Origin: the human T2T-CHM13v2.0 reference genome, Homo sapiens
NCBI RefSeq assembly: GCF_009914755.1
Contig: NC_060936.1
DNA length: 64,000 nt
Direction: 5' to 3' (one strand)
Made by a program: the position numbers and the translations under genes. This document shows positions 56,933 through 64,000 of the stretch, piece after piece; within the stretch, counting starts at the first letter, position 1; every line of letters starts with the position of its first letter. The notes under the pieces are model-generated. The model had not been told where the DNA came from and made no database searches. It was given only the letters and a program-made list of their open reading frames with translations.

Positions 56933-58960
56933 GTATGTTTCATGGAGAGTAATGCTCTGTGCTATTTTCTGAAGGAGGAGTTCTTGAGTCAAAGTTTGGA
57001 AAATGTCCCCCCCCCCACACACACTGCACTGCATACAATAAACACAGTACACCTACAGCACACAAGACACAGTTACATTTGTTACATTTTAAAGTATCTG
57101 ATAATTTATGTTGTAAAGAAAAATGCTTAACTTGTGACTCAAACTTATTTTATCATAGATCTTCACTCCTTTTTTCTAGATGTAAGAAATAGGCTTTGGG
57201 AAATGCTGATCGTGAAAGAAAGGAACAATTAATATTTTTATGTGACAGCTGATTTTTGATTTCAGATAAATTAGATATTACTGTTTCTTGAATTTGAATA
57301 TTTACAGATCTTTTCTAATTGAGGTTCATGGAAGACCTTAAGCCACACATAAAATTAGAATCTAGAGACAAGAAAATAGTCAGGTTCATCAGAATTCTTT
57401 ACTGATCTGTAAGGAATCTTCAAGCCAAAGTTTGACAACTACTATTTTTTTTTTTTGCAACTTACAAAAATATAATTCTATCTCTTAAAGCAAATTAACA
57501 GAGGTATCAACAGATTAGCATAAATATAATCTATTACAGAGATAGAATTCTTTGGAATAGACAATTGACATTTTTCTAACCTATATATAAAGTAAAAAAA
57601 TACACTTGATATGGTGCGAAAGTAGTGTCAAGGAGGAAAAAAAAATATATATGTATAATACACACATATATTTTTATTATGTACAAATCAGTATTTGTTC
57701 CTTCACCCTTTCTTTTCAAAAATAAATACTTCATTTGGTTGCAAATGACATTTATAAATTTAACTCATGAATTTCTCAGCTTTGACATAATTAAATATGC
57801 AAACAAATTAGAAACACATATTTTTTTAAATGCAAAGACAAAAATACCTGAATCCAATGAGCTTATTATGTTTAAAAATATCTAAGAGCGTGTAATGTAA
57901 GGTTTCATGTCTTTAAAGTGCCTTCTCCTTTCCCAAACTGTCTTCATTACTGCTGAAAATCCTTTAAGATTATATCTATAGATTGGCCTGATACTTGATT
58001 AAACAGGAAAGCCTGTGTTTTCCCAGGTTAAATGGTTGACTATTTAGGACATGCTTACACTTTCCTTAAGTGCTTTTAAGAGTGTAGCAGTTACTGTTCA
58101 TCTGAAAATAACCATAAAGTGTCAACATCCTGATTCAGAACAGGGGTAGATGTTTGAATCATGAGTAGTAGTAAGAATAGAGTGGCAATAAAAAGCCTTA
58201 TGATACAAAGTGTTTGCTTGCACAGAATTAAGTCAATTTGTCCAGCAGCACGAAAAGTAACTTGAGATTCAAAAATGTAGCCTTCTGCACCATAGCTTGT
58301 GGCCTGGGCTGATGTACAAATTTATTAAGAGAATGGCCTTAATTAATTTAAAGTAAAATCTATGAGAAATTGAGAAGGCCTAGAACAACATGCCCCCACC
58401 ATGGCCAACCGTCTTGAAATAAAGTAGAATAAAATGAAAAAGAGATGAATTTTCCATCTCTTTTATGAATTTTCCTTTTTGCCTAAATGATGAAGTAATG
58501 CTGACATTAACTACTTTTATTTTTTAAATGTGAGTTATAAAATAAAAATATAGATTAACAATTATTTCAACTGACTTTTAAATAGAAATTCTGAAATCAG
58601 GAATGAAATGGTTATTATATTTAAATATTTCTTGAAAGAATAGGGATAAATTTTAAAATAATGTAGGGTATACACAATTAGAATCACAAGCCAATAAACA
58701 CTGTTATTTAAATATTTCTTTAAACTTTTTGGCAATAAGGGAGTAGAAGGAAGAATAAACACGTCTCAAGGAAGGAGGTATATAAGTAATATGATTTGTT
58801 GTTTTATAATTAGTGAGGAAATATTAGAGCAAGACCTTTGACACTTGGTTAAATTAGATAATTTTGTAGTAGAAACAGATACCTATTTGCTTCTTCACTC
58901 TCTATTGTTTTATTTCACATTTACCTCTCAGTTCTAGTATGAAACCTAGCATATACAAAC

Positions 58961-59043
58961 ACACTATACCTATGTATGTATTTTTATCATTTTAGATAAG
59001 TATACACTATACACGTGTATGTATTTTTAATCATTTTAGATAA
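58961..59043. repeat. Imperfect tandem duplication, period 43
   Basis: ACACTATAC....GTATGTATTTTTA(A)TCATTTTAGATAA twice. Confidence 0.85.
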
Positions 59044-59188
59044 ACAGGGTCATTTTCAGATGGAACATTTTGTGTCACAAGAAGCCTTTGCATCTTGATT
59101 TGACTTTTTATTCAATAGAATAATATTGTACTTAATAAATACAGCAGATTTTAATATGCTAAATAGTAACTTTCTTTTTGATTTTTAG

Positions 59189-59308
59189 GTAGGGAGTACC
59201 TGGCACTACAATTGCACCACATATGAATGTGTTAAAACTGATGAAGGAGCAATAATTCTGAACTACACAATGGTCTGTCCCCCTTTTAATGAGACTGAAT
59301 GCAAAATG
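59189..59308 (+). CDS. OTOGL: OTOGL exon (120 nt, phase 0-0): VGSTWHYNCTTYECVKTDEGAIILNYTMVCPPFNETECKM
   Basis: atttttag acceptor, ATG|GTTTGT donor; G..W...C..Y.C and CPPF.E..C motifs like the last VWF C domain. Confidence 0.93.
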
Positions 59309-60634
59309 GTTTGTACTTTGTTGTATCTAAGAAAATTTATTATTATATAATTTAGAAAATACACATTGATATTTTCTAAGGTCATACTTTCATTGTGGCT
59401 TATACATAATGGCGAATGTGTTATTTTCATGAATGAATAAAAGCTCTGTTCTATTTTTCCCATTTGAAATTTTGAGTTATATACGGCGTTCCAGATAATT
59501 CTGTCTTGAATAGATACTGTGCAATCGTTGGGTTTTTATCTGTAGATCCAAAGATTATAGAAAAATCATTTGGTCAGCAGACTTGGCCTTCCCTTTAATA
59601 TGGATTAATAAGCTAAGGAATCAGAGCTTGGCCAATTTTCTTTCTTAAACAAACAGTGAGATTTTTGATGTCATTCAACTGTAATGCATGCTGGCCTGTA
59701 TGACGTTTGCCCTAGCTTTTCTGGTCACAGGTCACTGAAAAATTTAGTACAAGTCACAGGATTGCCTATTCTTATGTTTTGCTCTATCAATTTCCCTATT
59801 CTTTCAGAGAAGAGTTTACTGGAAAAGTAGATTTGTGAACATAATATAATTTTTATTTTGCAAGATTTTTGTAGCTTTATTTATTTAGACAATAATAATT
59901 CCTAATGAAAACTAGGCTTTGTTCCGTTGTATAGAGAAATAGTACAGTCTAGTCTCATTGATTTTTTTTCAGGATGTACCTTTTCAATGATGACGGCTGG
60001 CTGGCTAGCTAGATATAACACGTACTAAAGTCACAGAATTTCAGCTCTGGAAAAAACTTGGGCATCATCTTGTTTCACAGACTAATATTTATAGCGTAAA
60101 TCATTCTCTTATTTCAATTGCAGTTAGTAGGTTGCTAAAGCAATTAGTAATTCTTGTAAAAATTTAGTCTTAGACAAGAGTCCTTCCAAGGAAGGAAATA
60201 TTTTTTCATAAAAACTATCAAAGAAAAAGATGTACAATTTTAACATTCAGTTATATTCAGAAACTCAAGTCAAATGGAAGTAGTTTAGGTTATTTCAAGG
60301 AGTTGAAAATATATAATGGTCATTATTTAGAATAGCTGTTATTATTTTGTTTTAGTAAGAATATTTTGTGGCATTTAAAGTGTCCTTTTAAGTAGAATAA
60401 TCCTTTTACACTCTTTTCCATAGTACCAATGTATAAATAATGTAATTTTAAACAAAATATCTACTCCAGATTTTAAAAACAAGTTCTTTTTAGTAATAGT
60501 TAAATTCCAACTATTTTTCTATAGCTTTGTGGTATTTGATAAAAGTTTTAGAAAAGTTAGTTTTCTTTTTCTAGTATAAGAGAACATGGAAGAACACCAT
60601 ATTCTTTGACTTTATTGCTTTTTTCTCTTTCTAG

Positions 60635-60680
60635 AGTGAAGGGATTGTGAAGCTTTATAATGAAGGCTGTTGCAAGATCT
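60635..60680 (+). CDS. OTOGL: OTOGL exon (46 nt, phase 0-1): SEGIVKLYNEGCCKI(C)
   Basis: Long pyrimidine tract + TAG, T|GTAAGT donor; GCCK.C motif that precedes the CTCK domain. Confidence 0.93.
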
Positions 60681-60820
60681 GTAAGTGAGAGCATATTCCA
60701 TGCATTTACTTGATAGATTAGTTTTAATTGCTCATAGTGATTATGGTTTTTCTCACAAAATTCAATTCGTATGATGCAAAAAGAGAAACAAATTTTATAA
60801 AATATTTTTGTATCGTATGT

Positions 60821-60917
60821 TTTTTGTATCATATGGTTAATAATTTTGTAATTTAGTCTTTAACTTAAAGGTTTTTGTATCATATGGTTAATAATTTTGT
60901 AAATTAGTCTTTAACTT
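60821..60917. repeat. Tandem duplication of 46 bp, period 51, one mismatch
   Basis: TTTTTGTATCATATGGTTAATAATTTTGTAA(T/A)TTAGTCTTTAACTT at 60821-60866 and 60872-60917. Confidence 0.92.
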
Positions 60918-61306
60918 CTGGAGTGTAAAGAAAGTGTTTGCATTTAGATTAATTTTAATTTAAATATTTTTTTATTGTGGCATATTACAAAAGGTATTTC
61001 ATAAGATTTCAGTATATTTAAAATTTAAAAATGTTTTGTGATCATATTTGTTTGAACCATGCTGAACTTAAACAAGTAGATTACAGTTAGAATGGCATTG
61101 TGACTCCAAAAACAACATATGGGTGCAGTATTTTTCAAACCTGTTTGAGTAAGTATATAGTTTTGTACAATAAATTTGGATAATATTTTAGTAAATAATA
61201 TTTATATCCTTTTCATAAAAGTTCTCATAATTATTTTCATAATTAAAGCTATCTGAATGCAATATATTTTTTATTAGCTTGGATTATAAGGTTTATTTCA
61301 TAGTAA

Positions 61307-61578
61307 TTTTTTTTTTTTTAGTGAGACGGAGTTTTGCTCTATTGCCCAGGCCGGGGCGTAGTGGCATGATCTTAGCTCACTGCAACCTCTTCCTGCCGGG
61401 TCCAAGCAATTCTCATGCCTCAGCCTCCTGAGTAGCTGGGATTACACGCATGCGCCATCACGTCCGGCTAATTTTTATATTTTTAGTAGAGATGGGGTTT
61501 CAGTGTTGGCCAGGTTGGCCTCAAACTCCTGGCCTCAAGTGATCTGCCCACTTCGGCCTCCCAAAGTGCTGGGATTAC
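61307..61578 (-). mobile_element. Alu (AluS-like), antisense, slightly 5'-truncated
   Basis: Consensus; flanking repeat TATTTCATA(G/C)TAATTTT. Confidence 0.93.
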
Positions 61579-61785
61579 TATTTCATACTAATTTTGAATA
61601 ATTTTAAGGACTGAAATAGAATAGAGGGTTTTCCATGAAACCACATTTATTTTTTCTTTTTAAAGTGTTTGTGAATTTATCTCAATATAAAAATAGAAAT
61701 TTTGAGAAAATTAGCATAGACAGTAATTTTAAAATTTAAAGAAGCTTTTAGGAAAGGGGCACAACAAAGTTCAGTTTAATAATAC

Positions 61786-62139
<354 letters not shown>

Positions 62140-62649
62140 TCATGAAAGACTAAATCCCATAAATATGTAAGAGTAGTCTTATATTTTTAGATATGTAGAG
62201 TCATACTGAACAGAATATTAGAATGTATTAAAATATTAATACAAATACTATGTAATATATACTATCTATATACAATATATAATATGTAATATATTATAAT
62301 TTATTACCACCAAAATCCAATGAAATAGGTTCTGACATTAGCTTGATTTTCCACTTAGTGGCGTTAAATAATTTGTCCAAGCCATACCTCTTGTAAGTGA
62401 TAATGCTAGGAATCTACTGCGGGTCTCATTTCCCGTCCTGCTTCTTAACTCTTCATGGTATTCTGGAACATTGCCAGGACAAGTTTTATGAGAGGGCAGA
62501 GGCTGAATGATAAGCTCTGCTGAAGTGGCAGGGCTAGAATGACTGAATTTTTATTTACATAATGTCTAAAAAGCCAAACTCAATGCACACATACACACCG
62601 ACAACAAGCAAAAAAGTCCAACAGGATGGCCTGACATCTAATTTGTTAT

Positions 62650-63011
62650 GATATTAGTTTGCAGGGCTGCTGTAACAAACCAAAAAGTGGTTGGAAATAG
62701 AAATTTATGGAGATTAGGACTCCAAAACCAAGATGTCAGCAGGGCTCATTCCTTGGAGGTATTATGAGAGAGAGATCTGCTCCAAACCTCTTTCCTTGGC
62801 ATGTAGATGGCCATCTTCATGCTCACATGTTGTTTTTCCTGTATGTGTGTCTAACTCCAGATTTCCACTTTTTACATGAACACCAGTGATATTGAATTAG
62901 CACCTCCTAATGATCTCATTTTTGCTCAATTATCCCTGCAAAGATCTTGTGTCCAAATAAGATCACATTCTAAGATACACAGGCATTTTAAGACACAATT
63001 CAACCCATGAT
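62650..63011 (-). mobile_element. MaLR LTR (MLT1A/B/C-like)
   Basis: TATTAGTTTGCAGGGCTGCTGTAACAAAC...GGACTCCAAAACCAAGATGTCAGCAGGG...CACAATTCAACCCA. Confidence 0.8.
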
Positions 63012-63449
63012 AATTATATTGCAAAGACTTTTAGGGATAGTATAATATAACCTATATATTTTTAATTACTAAGGCTTTAATTAGATACACACTGATTAAA
63101 AACATTCTGTTCATTAGAAATAAGCACATTTTCATTCAGAATTCTCTAAATCAAATATAAACTAATATGAATCAAATAGTCATTGTATCAGGGACTCAAG
63201 GAATGAAATTTAGCTTTAGAATATGAGGAAATTTAAGATTTCACTTTTTTTTTTCCATCTTCTTCTTGAGAGTCTAGACTCTTCCTTAGGTATGAGATGC
63301 AGGAATAGAGTCACATGGCAATGTTAAGGCCCTGGCTTCTGTATCCCTATGTTAATTATTAGGGAAGTGAGTACGGTTATGTTATCTCAGGGCAGACAGG
63401 GGAATATCTCTGTGACTAATCATATGAATGACCACTATGGCCTGCCACA

Positions 63450-63630
63450 CACTGACACTCTATTAAGCACATTGCTGACAGGACCACACCTAATCCTCAC
63501 AACAGTTCTGGAAGGCAGGTATGTTTTCCCTACAGATGAGAAATAGAAGGTTCAGAGAGAAGCTGATCATAGTAGTAAATAATAAATTTAGGCCTGTCCA
63601 GTATCTGGGCCCAGGATCTTTCAACTCTGC
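63450..63630 (-). mobile_element. MIR
   Basis: TAATCCTCACAACAG...ACAGATGAGAAA...GGTTCAGAGA. Confidence 0.6.
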
Positions 63631-64000
63631 TAAGTTCTTTGAAGTTGCAGAATAATAACAAGCCACTTCAGTTTCTCTCATCTGACGTGAAAGGACTCGT
63701 AATGTAGTTTCTGCTGGCATATTAGAAAACCCTTTCCTGCCGCCTTTGCTTTCTGAAGTCTAGGCTGTGTTGAAGAGATTGTGGAGGTTGGATACTATTG
63801 CAGGCTCTGTGTTGAATAAAATCTGTTACAATAAAGTTTTTGAGGAATGAATTAGAAATGACTCTTGGTACAAACAAACTCAGCTAATGATAAATTATTG
63901 CTGCCCTGGTTTCATTTACTGAATGAATTAACTCGTTGGGTTTTTACTGGGTGCCTACATGACAAACATCTTTTTAGCCACTGGGACCATAATAGTGAAT

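Overview
Human (or very close great-ape) genomic DNA, AT-rich and rich in Alu, L1, L2 and MIR repeats. The whole window lies inside the 3' half of the otogelin-like gene OTOGL, on the + strand. I reconstructed 27 GT-AG coding exons by hand (2084-60680, 3,331 nt, about 1,110 codons). Every intron phase matches and there is no stop codon. They encode, in order: the end of the VWD3/C8 assembly, a TIL domain interrupted by an AbfB-like beta-trefoil, a very short Pro/Thr linker, VWD4-C8-TIL, a run of small Cys-rich VWC-like modules, and the start of the C-terminal region. The start codon, final exons and CTCK domain lie outside the window. Most ORFs in the supplied track are repeat-derived or intron read-through. 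The introns hold 17 Alu pieces, several L1s (two with 5' inversions), L2, MIR, MaLR/ERV LTRs, Charlie1 and MER2 DNA transposons, and a tailless 7SK retropseudogene. I see no evidence of a wholly new biological system. The best leads are the exon-cassette design of the gene (a skippable lectin cassette next to the multimerising Cys, ~105-nt phase-1 modules with one split by an intron, and a vestigial mucin domain), splice-site oddities, and fossil records of retrotransposition and repair. Repeat subfamily calls and comparisons with reference proteins are from memory and need checking.
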